From NCBI GenBank assembly GCA_051362555.1, contig CM120640.1, positions 15,996,001 through 16,060,000 of the forward strand: a DNA stretch of 64,000 bases, read 5' to 3'. Made by a program: the position numbers and the translations under genes. Under the pieces are notes generated by a model. That model made no database searches. It had not been told where the DNA came from and was given only the letters and a program-made list of their open reading frames with translations. The DNA is from Lingula anatina. Its lineage: Eukaryota > Animalia > Brachiopoda. Shown here piece by piece: positions 23,988-38,200 of the stretch. Position 1 is the stretch's first letter. Each line of letters begins with the position of its first letter.

Positions 23988-26900
23988 ATGGCCAGGATAG
24001 GTTTTGAAATTCATCATATTATCCAAATACACGCAATTTTACTCATTATTTATTCACAATCTACGGGAGAGCATAATGGTGAGTTGTTCAAAATATATTT
24101 TGGCAGTAGATGTACGTAGAGATTTATTTACTCAAGAAGGATGCCCAATCGTAAACGCTGTGGACGTCGGGGCAGTGGGAAGTTGCCTCAGTTTTCGGCC
24201 TTACAAGCTCACGGTACCCTTACCGTGAGCTTGTAAGCCCGAAAACTGAGACAAAGTGGGAAGTTGCACTTGTAGCCTCCAGCCGGAGCCAGTGGAAAGG
24301 CGACTGATTCGAATAAATTACATTGTTACGTAAATTCCAAATATTAGAAACAAGGATAAGAGTTCTTGATTATAAACAGGATAAGCAAGGACTTTTTTAG
24401 ATTTAAGAAATTAAGGCAAATACTGGATAGCATACCTTTACATTTCACCTGAAATTTTAGGTCCTTGTTTCAAAGAACTGCCTCCTTCTGTTGTGGAAAG
24501 GCATCTGAAGATATCAAGACATCTCCCACTGTGTCTTTTATACAGGAGATCAGGTTAGTAGTATATCTGGTTTAGCTTATGTCAGTGATGCAGAGCGAAG
24601 TCCAGTTATATAACTTTTGATAATAGTAATGTTGTTTGGGAGGTGCACATGTACTGTAGTATGTATTTTATTACCACAATAGAATTATTAACTAGTAACA
24701 AACTATTTGTTTATTTCTATTTTTTCTGAAATTTATCCTTTGACAATTATTTATAGTATTATATTATGATACTTATTTTGTGTATAAAATGATTTTACCT
24801 ATTGTGATGTAATAAAATCTAAGAATAACATATTTTAGGGGAAGGTTCTGAGCTGGAAAATAAGCTTTGTCAGTTCTGGAAAAAGAGAGACAGGAAAAGC
24901 AGTTATTCTCACTGGGAAGTTGGTGCATATGCAGCAAATGTAGCACATGTAGGTTCAGTAGTAATTTATCAAAGAAGCATAGTTTGTATTGTTTAAAAGG
25001 TATTTTTTGTGTAATTTTTAAAGATTAAATATTGTTTGAATACATTTGCATGGATGAAATATAAAGTCAATATAATTTTTGGTACATTCAGGATGATAGG
25101 AATGTAAAGTTATAGTAACAGGTCATTTAAAGACCACCCATTTTTTAACTGAAGCCATATTTTACACTGTTTTTCTTGTGGAACTATGCAAATCCAATTC
25201 AAAGCTTTATCCTTTATAACTACTATTTGTTTTCAAGAATCTCTTACCCCAGCTAGAGCTGCCCCGGGCCTTGCCAACACTGAGATGTCACTTGGGACAT
25301 GCACAGCCTTTTGAGTTCTCATACAAACCCAAATATAAATACTTCAAAAGATGGTTTGAAAAGTTGGTAAGCAAACAGTTTTTTGGTCTGAAGGTAGAGA
25401 CACTTTTTTAATAAACTAAATAATGAAGTAGGTAAATGTTAACACACTTAAGATATTGTTTATCATTTTAGCATGTTTATCAATCAATTTTACATTTTTT
25501 TTTATCTGAAAAGACTATAAAATTAGATTATTCACTCAAACAAAACCATACAAGCATCATCTATCATATACTTGATAATATGTACAACAGCTTGATTAAG
25601 ACTAGTACTTAAATTACTGTCACTGTTTTACATAAATTCAATTATTATTGTCTCCTTTAGGCAGAGTTTCACTCAGACCAGCTCCAGGAGGCCACAGTGT
25701 CTGCTGTGGGAGATGTTATCAACAAACACCAGCTGGTTGTTGTAGGGTTCTCAGATGAAACTAGTCATTATGACATGGAGAACCTGTTATTTGAGGTACA
25801 CCCCAGGCCCATAACCAGCAATTTCAAAAGCTGGGGGTTTTTTTCTGAAAAAGTGGAGCTTGTACCTTGAAACCATGGTGTACCTGGATAAAATTTCACC
25901 CAGATGGTGCCTTTTCCCAGCAAAAAGGGCAGTTCGTTCGAACCCCCTGAACCCCCCTGGCTACAGGCCTGTATCCTGACATAATATTCTAGAATTGTTT
26001 TTAAATTTATAAAGTACAAACTTAATTATGTTTTGTCTTTCACAGTAGCACTGAGCTATGTATAAATCTTTAACTCTTAGAAATAGAACATCTTAATGTA
26101 TGACTATGATCAGTTTCAGAATATATTAATGGAAAAAAATTAGTTAGAATAAATTTCTTTAAGATGCAAAGAATATGTTAAAATTGCTCCAGTTGTGCCA
26201 AAATACTTATTTGGCAATGCATATTCCTATATTTTTTCTTAAAGTTAAAAACATTCTGATATTGTTCTTTTATTCTTTGAAGGTTAGAAACAAGTTTGAA
26301 GGTATCAAGGTACTATTTGTACACCCGCACTCTTTAGAAGCCAGGTAATTATGCATCTGTTTCTAATAGATACTGTAAAGGCAAGTCAATAGGACCTTGC
26401 CTAATTACAGTGCTGAATAAAATTTCATTTCTAAATTAATCTGTCTTAGTACTACCTTGCATTTTTTTTTTTTTGTTTTGGTTAACTTTAAAAATAGACA
26501 AACTGTTTTTGTCATTTGATTTTTATAAGAGTGCTGTATCGTTATAGGTCATTGGTTAGAAAGTGTGGGAATCCAGAAACACCTGCTATTGTTATTGTCA
26601 AAAATGATACAGGTGAGTGTCTGGCTGTTTAAAACTTATATCTCTGCCCAGGTAATTTTTCCAATGTGTTTTTCTAAAGTACTTCTCAAAAATTATTTTG
26701 GCTAAAAGGACTTAAGTAAAATGTTTATTTCTACACCATGTTTAAGTCCTTTTAATTAATTTTCTTTTTCATTTTCAGAATCTCTAAACCCAAAAGTCAT
26801 CAAGACCATTCCAATGGGCTTTTATGCTTATGAACAAATTGGTCTCACCTTAATGGCCCAGAGCACTTCTGCTATGCAAATAACTAAGGTACATACGTAC

Positions 26901-28357
26901 TTGAAATTAGATGACATCACAAATTTCAGTCGCACATAATAGGGGCTTGTAGTCTTAATTCAAGTAACTGTAGTGAAGGATGAATTTCTAAGTGGAAAAT
27001 CAATGAGAAAAAAAAACATTATGAATTGAAAAATCCGCTTGTTCCATTTCAGGAAAACATCAAACAGCACCTTCTCCAGCCTTCCACAGCATCCCTCCCT
27101 GCACTTGTTTTGTTCTATGCTCCATGGTCAAACACCTCCCTGCAATACATGTATGCCTTTCAAAAAACAATGCAGGATTTGACTGATTTAAATGCTAGAA
27201 TTCAGTTTGGTCTTGTAGATTTTAAAGAGCAACCACATAGTAAGTATTCAGTTTTTTTTTTGTTGTTGTTTTTTATATTTGAAGGAGTTTTTGGATTTAA
27301 TATGTGTAATGTGTTTCCTCAGATAAACTTATATTACATATTAGTTAGTAAAAGACTTATATATTTGTTTAATCATCTCAGTGAAAATAAAGTGGCAAAA
27401 ATTCAGACATTTACCAGTAACTTTTAAATTTTCATTCCAGTTCACTTACAAGGTCTAAACAGTATACATTTTAAGCAGATTCCTCTAGTAATGCTGTTCC
27501 ATATGGACAAAGTCAATAATGAAAAAGGTAATTGACTGGTTTCATGCAGACAAATAAAAATTAAAGTTTTTTTAGGATTTGTCCAAACAGTCAAAAAATG
27601 AAATTTGAGTCAGAAGTTTTGTTGGTCCAAAGGTTCATAAATCAGGAAAAAGAAAAGAAAATTAACCTTTTTTTTCCTTGGCATAAAGGTTCATTGGTTC
27701 TGATGTGCTTTAGTCTGAAGTCTATTGGTCTAAAGATTTATTGGTCTGAAACCCTGTTTAAAAGACTTGTTTTAAAAATACAACCAATAGAAACTATTCT
27801 TGTCTTCTTTACTTTTCTGTTACTGAATCTACAGATCAATCAGCCCTCAACTTAAAGAACTTTTAGACTATAACCATTGGACTCTGGCCATACACCATGT
27901 TGCTGCCTCGTTGAAGCAAGTTAGGAGGCAGATTAGTGAACACCAAATTGTGGCATTTGTCAGAATAGTTATGAAATAGCAAAATTGGTTTACTTTAAAT
28001 CATTTTTGTCACTCATATATTAGCCCCTTAAAATGAAAATGGGAATTTTATACATATACTTGCATGTTTTAGCGTTTCATTTATTTTCCATTTCTTTAAG
28101 GAAATAAACCAGATTTAATCAAGCAGACACCACTGTATGAGAGGCCTACACCAGATGCTATATCAAGATTCCTGGAGAAAATGAATTTAAAGGTTCTGAT
28201 TAATGATAAAATCAGAGAGATGTACAAGCCATATGTTCAATTGGATGCTTTTCAGGTAAAGTTTTTCTCTTGGTCATATTAAAGGTGCATTTTAATAATG
28301 TTTCTTTCTTGAAATTTCCAATCATTTAGATAAGATTTTAGGTGAAAATGCAGTTTA

Positions 28358-28433
<76 letters not shown>

Positions 28434-31250
28434 GTATTAATAATAATAATAATAATAAAAAAGATGGCTTTAATATTAAATCCAGAGGAAACAAGAAGAT
28501 TGATCATTGTTGTATATTTTATTTGCTACACGAAGCAAAATATTGCCATGTATATTTTTAAAAGGTTTGAAAAGTAAAAAGAACACAGTTCACAGAACTA
28601 ATGAAAAGTTACTAATTTGCAAATGTGTTCTGAGGTCAAATAACAACTGAATGTTTTATGATGGAAAATGAATCACAATCATTTAGATATGTGAGCAGTT
28701 TGAGGGTCCCATTGGAACCATGTGTTCATCTCTCCACCATAACCAAACTGAGCACACACCTAGGATATATAAAGTACACAAAAGGAAAATTGTGAAGAAA
28801 AGTCCAAAAAGTAAACACAAGGTTGGCTGGGACTGGCACACTAAGGTAGTATAATTAGCCTTGTATTTGTATGTACTGCTGCTTAGTAAGCCATGATTTC
28901 TTTTTTGTATGTGTCTCTTTTGGGCCATATGGTGTATGTGCATTAAATTTTCTTCTGTTCTCAATAAAATTTATGTCACTTCTTTTTAGGTCCAGAGAGT
29001 TAAGATGAGGTGTAATTTTTAATGATTGTTTATAGATGGAGCTTTGATAGAATAAAATATTTAGAACTTTGTGGCATCTTTGGTATGTTCTTAACTTTTG
29101 TTTGTATAAAAATTGCTGACCTCTCCTGAATTATTCACAAAAGATATTAGTTTTTTTTTCTGTTCTGGCAATGAGACATTTTGTTTCACATTCTGTATCT
29201 TATACAAAACATTGATCTTCCAGTTTGGTAGTGAAACAGTTGAAAAGAAAATGAAAAAAGTGTATGACATCCCAGTGGTAACATCAGAGGTATGGTCAGA
29301 AGTTATAGAGAAGTCCCATGCCCCCCTGCACCCATATATCTCCGGGGAGATGTGGAGGGGAGAGGTCACCAAGGTCACATTGGTACGTTCTGCAGTCACA
29401 TCGATGATATCATAGTAGCTCTTAAATAGAGTGAAAAATACAAGGCATTTGATGATTGAAAACGGCAGCTGTTCATGAAGAGAAAAAGAGACATGAAGTC
29501 TTTTAAGATATTTTTAAAAAGATATTTCTATTTTAGAAACAGTATCTGTCAAATTTTATACAGGTTATTGCCACTTGGGTATAGCCAGAACTTTGGGAGT
29601 TAATGCCAATATTTTTTGCTAAAATTGTAACAAATTATGACAATAAATGTTACTTCAAAATTTGAGATGAATAGACAGTTCTTTCTTTACATTGTGTGTT
29701 GTTGCTTTATTGATAATAAAAAATGATTACTACTCACATTTACAGGTCATTTTTATTATCGCAGACTGTAAAAGTTGCACCTCAAACATGAATACTTTTG
29801 CTGAATTACAGAGAGCAGTGAAATTCATTGGTATGTATGCTTTCAAGGTAGCACTTAAACTTGGTTTTGTGCTAGCTCTTTTATATTTTAATTTGATTTT
29901 AATTTATTTATTCTAATTTCAAATAAGCACTAAAATGCTTGTCTGCAATGGTAATTTAAGTTATTTTGTATTTCAAAAACCTTTGATGTACTCCTCTACT
30001 CCAAATTTCCATTGCATGCTGTTGTTTTGATTGAAACGTAAATGGATATACTTGATGTCACTGTCATTATGAACTTGAATTATAAGCAAGGAAAAACATT
30101 TCAATGAATAACAACAAAATTGTTTGTTTGTTTGTTACAGATGGAGGTTCAGCCTATCTTGCCAACTGCACATCAGATCCCTCTATATGTGAGCAGCATG
30201 AGATCACTGGTTTCCCTACCCTCGTGGCGTTTAGGGGGATAGGCTGGCTGGCACAGGACCAGTGTGTGTCTCAAAAATCCAGCAAGAGAGCACAGCATGT
30301 TAGAATGGATTACCATGGGGTTTTGCTTGTATGTGTAATTTTATTAGGCATGTGATACTGGCTTGAAATCATTTTTTGATAACCACATACTGTTATTAAG
30401 ATTGTTAGTGAACATTTGTTGATGGTAACATATTATGAGAATTATATGAAATGCAAAGCAGCCTGAAAAAGTACATTTCTAATTTGTGGATTGTTGAATG
30501 ATTCACTTAATTTCTTTGTTAATAAGGTGCCATCTGTAATGGAATGGTTTTCGTCTGTCTCAACTACAGCAGTGAAGAACAAAGGTCATGCCCAGATGTT
30601 CCACTTTTCAATGGTAATGCTTTAATTTTCTTGATAAATACTATTTAATGTATAATAATTGGAAAGCTTTTAAAAATTGTATCTGCTTTTTTTTTTTTTC
30701 TTTTTTTTTTAGGTTAAGTTCACATTATCTTTTGAACAGATGTTTCACTTTACAGTGGCATGTTATAATTATATAACTTCTCTGATAATTATACAAATGG
30801 TAACTATATAGTATCCTAGACAAATGTCTTTAAATACCTTATAATGTGCAAATGAGTAATTAATTAATTTGGACTTTTCTTTTATTATGAAATGTATTGT
30901 GTCAGTGAGTTGTATGAGTGGGTGGGTGGTAGCAGAAGAAATCAACTGTGGGCACTGCACGACATCATGAGACTAAAAACGTTACAATTCATGTGAGGTG
31001 GGGTTTACTTTTTAGTAACCCTGTGTTCTGGAAATGTCCTCTTAGTGACGTTATGTCTGCTTTAACTCTTCCTAGCCACACCACAATTGCTAGTCTGCCA
31101 TTATATACTATGGCTCCATTTCCCTTCAAATCCTGTGAAATCTTGTTTGATTTTAGCCAATACTTTAAGCTATCTTTGATGATTCCCATCAAAGTTAAAT
31201 ATTGTATAAGAACTCAAGTTACATTTTATGCCATATAAACAAGAAAATGT

Positions 31251-31286
<36 letters not shown>

Positions 31287-32179
31287 GCATACATGTATCA
31301 AACAAAAACTGTGTTGTTAAATTAATTAATTACTTTGTCAGCAGCCTGTCTGTCTTGATGAATTATCATTTGACAAGAAGATAATTTGGTTCTTTCATCC
31401 ATTCTGCAGGTCACATGTTGTCAGGTGGTATGTTTGAATAATGTAAAGGAAGGTCACATCTGGGCCACTTTCTACAAAGAATCTGAACATTGTTAATTAA
31501 AGTAGCGGAGACTGTCAAACTCAGATAATAGGCACCAAGTAACTGACAGAGCTATAGCATTCACTGACAGTTAGCCCCTTGATATACAGTTAACTTTCTA
31601 AATTAAGTCAGCCATTTTCACCATTGTCAGGTTAAATCAGTATCAAGACAAGTTTTTTCTGTTGAAACTTAGCTTTTTAGGTCATAAAATTAAGGTTATT
31701 GGCTCTTCATTTTGAGTTTTAGCTTTTTTGTGTTTTTAAGTTTTTAATTGGGTTTACTAAAGTCTATCTGGAGATTTGGCTGTTTTTTTTTAATGGGGCT
31801 TGAACTGTAGTTCAAGACATATTGATCCGTTAAAGTGATTGCATGTAGTAAGAGTCCCTGTGGAGTTAGTGCACATTAGCTATTGCAACCTAACTCATTC
31901 TAAACAGCCCCTACGTGTTTGTCAGCTTTGTGATTCTTTTGACCCATCATACTACCAAGAACTTCTTTCTTCTCTGTTCTGACAGTTGAACCATCTTGTG
32001 TAACAGGAATACACAAGCAGTTTCAGATATACCTTGGGATGACCTTTTGCACTGTTTATTATCTTGAGAATTAATTGTTCATGTTAGTTCACAATAGGAA
32101 ATAACCACAATGGCAAAATAGTGTTGACCTAAACTGAAGATTCAGAACTTTCAAGAAGGTTAATAATTGTAGTAGTATT

Positions 32180-32212
<33 letters not shown>

Positions 32213-35200
32213 AGAAAAAAACATAATGAGCTCTTGTTAGGCAATCTGGATTCACAAATTTCTTGTCACATGCAAAGGATAAGTTTGTTTTGGCAGAGGT
32301 TTCATGTGACAAAAGTGACATAGTCTGTGTTATGAAACTATTCATTATATTATGGATAAAATGTCTCATTCTCACACAAGCAACAAGACACTAATGGTAG
32401 TGTAACAAATCGCCTGATGGTTTGTAATGTGGTAGTTAGATGGGTATTAAGATAAGGAAGGTCGATAACATGAACCTCATATTTTTCTTCTTGTTATCTA
32501 GCGATGACAGGTTAGCATGAGTTTATCATTTAGGGAAAAGGATCTCTGAGCACAAGAAAAATAAAATAAAATAATTTGATGAAAATTTACATATAAATAT
32601 ATATATTATAAAATATACCTTGATTTGAGTTAAAGTGAAACAGCTCATTTTTATTTTCATATGCCACATCTTATTCATCTTTGAACCTTCTGACAACATT
32701 ATTTTATGTCATTGTCATTAATTTCAGTTTTATGAGTCCTTTCCTTGACACTTTTCATTTGTTTGTTTTGTTTAAGATTTTGCAAAAATTAATCTATCTA
32801 AATGTATCTTATTCAGAGTAAGTTATAGCTGAAGTAATGATTTAGAACACCTTGATTTCTTTGTAATATAATTAAATATTTGTTTTGGTGATCCATGGCA
32901 GCCCTCATATCATTAAAAAAGTAATCCCCCCCCCCCCCAAAAAAAAACAAAAAAAAAACAATGGCTCTCCATAGCATGTGCCATTCATCAGTTCCTAATA
33001 GCAGCTGGCTATGACGCTGATAGTGCATGAGGTGAATAGTAACAGCAACAAAATGACTCCTTCAGCGCAAAATAATGATTGATGGACACAGCATTGATGC
33101 TAACGAGACAAGTTGCGAAATGTCATTGACGGCAAATGTTCAGAAAATTCAGGAAATAGAATGAGCAAAGAGTGAATGTGATTAACTTTTAGAATAGTAT
33201 TTTGTAGAAGGTTGTGGAACTTTCTAAAGCATCCTAGATCTGTTGTAACACTTAAATGTAATGCAAATTAGTTAATTTTCAGAGCTTTAGTAAGATGAGG
33301 TGTCATTTCTGATTAATTATGTAAAAAATTTATTGCAATATATCTTCATGTTAAATGAACAGAAATAAAATTATTACATTTTGGAATTTAATGACAGAGT
33401 ATAATTTGAGTTTGTGTTGCTTTAGAATTTTGCAACCTGAAGCATTTTGAAAGTGGATCTCATCAACGATGATTACATGTGCTATTCTCATAATTTATGG
33501 CCATGTCTGCAGCAAAGGGCAACACCAGCCACAGATACCCTCTATCACTTGATATTCACAGGTAATGTCTCTGGCTAAATATGGTCAATCTTCAGAGAGA
33601 ACAAATTGTCTGTCTATTTATCTAAAGACATATTTGTGAATATCTAGTAAAAAGTTAATCTGTGGCCCTAGTAGAGGGTAAGGTACAGTTAGGTTACACT
33701 GAATGCCTTAAATTATGTGATTTTATTACTGTTTATAAGGTGCCAAAGTTCTAAATATTTAAGGAACTGAAAAACTCCCACTTACAGATATAATGTTTGG
33801 AGAAGAACATTTCCCTTCACATAAATTATCTCATTTATCGCAACACTTCCTTTAGTTCTTTAACATTTGAAAAAAGAGCTTATTGAAATTTTAATGTTCT
33901 TAAAATGATATTAATTTGCATGAATTGTCCCATTTAGTGTACAACAGCTTTAGATTTACATGTGGCATGCAATTTCTCAATACAATTTCTCTTAGACATT
34001 GCTGTGCAACTATGCGTAATATCACTCAACTGCATTCATTATATGGAGAGCTGTTGAGGAAAATAATTTGTTTTCACTGCACTGTCTTTTATAGCCATGA
34101 CCGTGATTTACTCATTTTAACTGTTGCCATGCATGCCAAATGTTCAACAGCATAGAGAGCAACAAAAACCCTTTTGAAATTGTGAAAATAGTTTTACTGT
34201 TTAAACCATCGTGACTTGATACTTCTGTTTTAACTTTAAAAAGTATGAATGTTTAGTTTATTCTACATCAGTTTCAGTGCAGTAATTGGTAATCATTAAA
34301 TTCCAGTCATATGTGTACTACCAAAAAGGCTCCATACTTACAGTGAATTGGCAATTTTCTACCTCAAGCTGTTCAGATTGTCGTGATTAACAAGTGATAT
34401 TACAAAAAATTACCTGGATTTATTATTCATCTGTCAACTGAACAACTGCTATTTTACATCTGGATAGATTTTCATAAATGGATGAAAATCCTTAAAATTA
34501 GTTCCACTTGAAAGTGATAGCATGATTTTGAATTCATGTTGATTTAATTTTATTTAACATTCTGATGATAATCTTTTGAATTTCTCATTTGTCTGTCCAT
34601 ATATCTATATCATTTTTATCTTAAAGGCAACTATGAATTACTTTTGACCTTTAAATATTAATAGTTGTTGTCTCAGTCCTAGTAGAATTAAATTTATAAG
34701 ACTCAATAATTAATTATTAGCAATTTGAGACCATGTTATGATTTTAACACCTGTTGACCATATAAAAAACCGATTCTTGATTAACAGTTAAATTAGTCTT
34801 GACAGTCATATTGATGGTGATGATTCAATTTCATACATTTTTTAGCCGGAAGATGTTTACTTGGTGGGCCAACTTGCTCCAAAGAATTCCCAGTTTTTGC
34901 CCTTCATTCCAAAGAAACGTTCTGGCTACTTCTATCCATACGAGTGTTTCCGGCTAGCCTGTGAGCAGTTGTATGGCAGATCTGGCTGTTACACACAGTA
35001 CAGCGATGAGATCCCACCCAGAGAGTTTGAGGATCTGAATCAAGATATGGTGGTAACAAAGGTGAAAATGATTTATTAATAATAGTAATAAAAAGCAGAA
35101 GAAGAATTTTCATACGGTATGCATTTTAAAATTGACCCAACAGTTTGTTTCACAGATGCAAATGTTTCAGTGCTGCAGAAGGAAGGCTATGTGATCAGAG

Positions 35201-38200
35201 TTACAACCACCTACTGGGGTGTCTGTGAATTATATTTCAAAGATAAGGTTACTTATTAATCAACAAAGGGAAGAGATTTCAACTCTGAAAATTGCCATCT
35301 ATCAATGATTAATCAGAATTTTATGTCATTTAAGGTGATGCTGTATCGGAAAGATGGTGTTAAAGCATCCATTATGGAGTTAGGCTACACACTCCACAGC
35401 CGTCTAGAGAAGGAGAAGAACAGTAAAATGCACCAATTCCATACATCACATAGGTACAGTGATGATTTTATTTTATCTTTATTTTAGTATGCTCTGTCCA
35501 GACACAGTATAAGATATTCAAACATTTTAAAGAACAGAAATCAATTCCACTTCTGTTTGTGCCTTAATTGTACTGTCAAATTTCACCTACAGTATCTTTC
35601 ATGCTACATATGGAACACATTTTGAAATCTTGGATATTTGTGTTTTTGTTTAAATTTTATATCTCTATTTGCATGGAACAGATTTTGTTTTGCATAACAT
35701 TATTAATTTATAGTTTGTTTGTTTGTTTGTTTCTGTTATTTGACTTAATCTGATATTTGTATGTTCATATCTTTATAAAATAGATATGAAATTCCTCAAA
35801 GTCTGAAGTGTGAAGAAAACCACGCTGTCTGCACTGATCTTATTGTATCGTACACAGAGGATCATGCAAGGCTTCCGGTTACACGCATGACCACTGCCGC
35901 TTTTCACAGTAAGAACAGGTAGGTTTACAGCAATTAATTGTTCTAAAGAGTCAACTTCTTACTGTGGGTTATTTTTATCAGCTCATTGCATGCCTAAATG
36001 CCACTACCAGGAAAGAAGCATGTTCTTTTATGTCTATCTGTAATGGTTTCAGGTTAAGATAGGGAACAAATTGAAAAAAGTGGAATTGATTATATTTCAA
36101 CAAAAACAGAATGTCTCTGAAATATTGTAGATCAGATATTCATGAATTAAGCTGTTGTTTATAGAACTGTTATTGTTACCTTGAGTGAAAAACACAGCTG
36201 ATGAAATTCCTAGAATATCACTGTTTTACTTTATATAAACCTATATTGGGTTTTATTATTTTAGTATTGTAGCCAACACCAATCTTCCTATTCTTGTGGC
36301 CCTGGTAGATGATGAAAATGGCAGAGAAGATTCAAAATTTTTAAAGGTATGAGTAGGGTAATACTTATTGATTTGTGAGTGTGTCACACTTAACTATGTT
36401 TAGATCTCGTATCAAATCACATCTGACTACTCTACCATATGAGCAATTCGTTTCTGAGTAAAGCTGTACTTGGCAAGTGCTGCCACCTATCTGTGAATTT
36501 GCATATTTTTTATTTAAGGCCTGAAGCATTTGCCACCACATGGAGATATGTTTATTTTTTATTGATCCTATTTGTCAGTTTAAATTAAAATTGTATTGTC
36601 TCCTAGGTAAACATTAATGGCTGTATGTGAAGTTAAAAATAAATGAAAATATAAGTTTTTCCCTCCTAATAGTACATATATGGTACCTTTTTCCTGTATT
36701 GTAAAAAAAAAATGTGTATTTCTTCCAGTCTTTGACCAGAGCTGCCTCTGAGCTTTACCAGGACATAGTTGTGGTGACTGTTAATGTAAATGATCACTCT
36801 GCCTGGGCCAGCCATTTTGTGCCTAAAGACTACAAAGTACAGGCAATGAGTAAGTCTCTTTGCATTTTCCCTTTTTTTCTCTCTTATATCCGTAGGCAAT
36901 TCCAATCCAGGTTATGCAAATGGGGAACATGGATAAAAATATATAATACTAGCCAAGGATAATATTAGTAAAATGCACAAGAAGCAGGGATGGAAAATTT
37001 TCTTGGTTTTTGTTTAGCTCCTTTTGCTTGTGTGTGGGAGGAAGAAAGGGGAAAAAGGGTACAGGGGGTAAATAGTCCACTGTGTTCTCCCCATCATTGT
37101 ATATTCAGGCATAAAGGCCTACACCCACCTTCAAAACATAAAATCTAACTCTTTTATCTCACTTAAAATAATTTCATATAGAGCTACAGTATAGTGGTAG
37201 CAAACTCTCCCATTCTCTCTCTTGCAAAAAATGTCCTATTGTATTATCCTTATCAGGTGGCAGTATTGTTATCAGAAATACAATGTGAAAAATAATTTGG
37301 TATATGACCCGAACTGTAGTGGCACAGTGGGACAGGAAGAACATGAACATACAGTTCGCCTGAGGATAGATGAAAGAAAAGATAACTGTTGTAAAAGAAG
37401 GAAGAACAGCCTTGTGATTTTTTTTTTTTTTTTACTTCACAAAATATGTGCAGCAAAGGCCCAAAAATAGAAACCAGATGACAGCTTAAAATAGAAATGT
37501 GAGGCAATTCTATTTTTAGGCATATTTATATTATGATGTGTTGCCTTGGTGTAATGTATATGTAGGCGTATTTCAAGTTCAATGTGCAGTGAATCAAGCA
37601 GAAAAATTGTGTGTAGGAAAGCTTCCAGACAGATCTATAGAAAGGGCAAAAAAAATGAATATTAACATGTACATTTACAGGAATATTCAATAACAGATTA
37701 CAGGCTTGCCAGAAAACTATTTATACCATGAAATATTTTGAGATTTAACTAGAGTAGAGAAGTCTAAAAATTCTTAATTGATATATCACTCTGAAAGGAC
37801 TGACTTTCATTATAGCAGATTTTTTTATTTATTTTACTACGTAAAAGCGCAGGAAGTTCACAAAGACTGTGCACCGTAGTTTTAAAGAACTCATTACTTT
37901 TAATATTATTACAAGATGATATAATTTTTACAAAAAACAGTTTTTTCTATTGGTGCTTTTTCTGAATCCATTTAAAATCTAATTTTGGCTTTAGTAGGGC
38001 ATTTGTCACTGGTCTGCCTCAGTGCATTGGTGATTAATGTGCATTATGAAGAGTTTTACGTCAAAAGTAGTCCATTGAAAAGTAACATTTGAATGTGCAA
38101 ATATTCACTGTATTTTCCTCATAGCCTATCTGAAATTTCACAATTGCCTCTAAATATAGAATCAGGCTGGTAGCTTATGCATACTGGGAAAGTGATGTAC

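Noticed and set aside
27570-27890. Recurrent ttggtc(t/c)(g/a)aa sub-repeats
   Set aside because: Probably a heavily decayed MITE; no ends or TSD could be defined.
28279-28494. Poly-Leu 71-aa ORF resembling a membrane peptide
   Set aside because: Translation of a (TAA)n microsatellite.
33426-33561. Exon-like segment with AG and GTAATG boundaries in a long intron of the Trx gene
   Set aside because: Stops in all three frames, and the flanking exons join in phase without it; a poison exon cannot be supported without RNA data.
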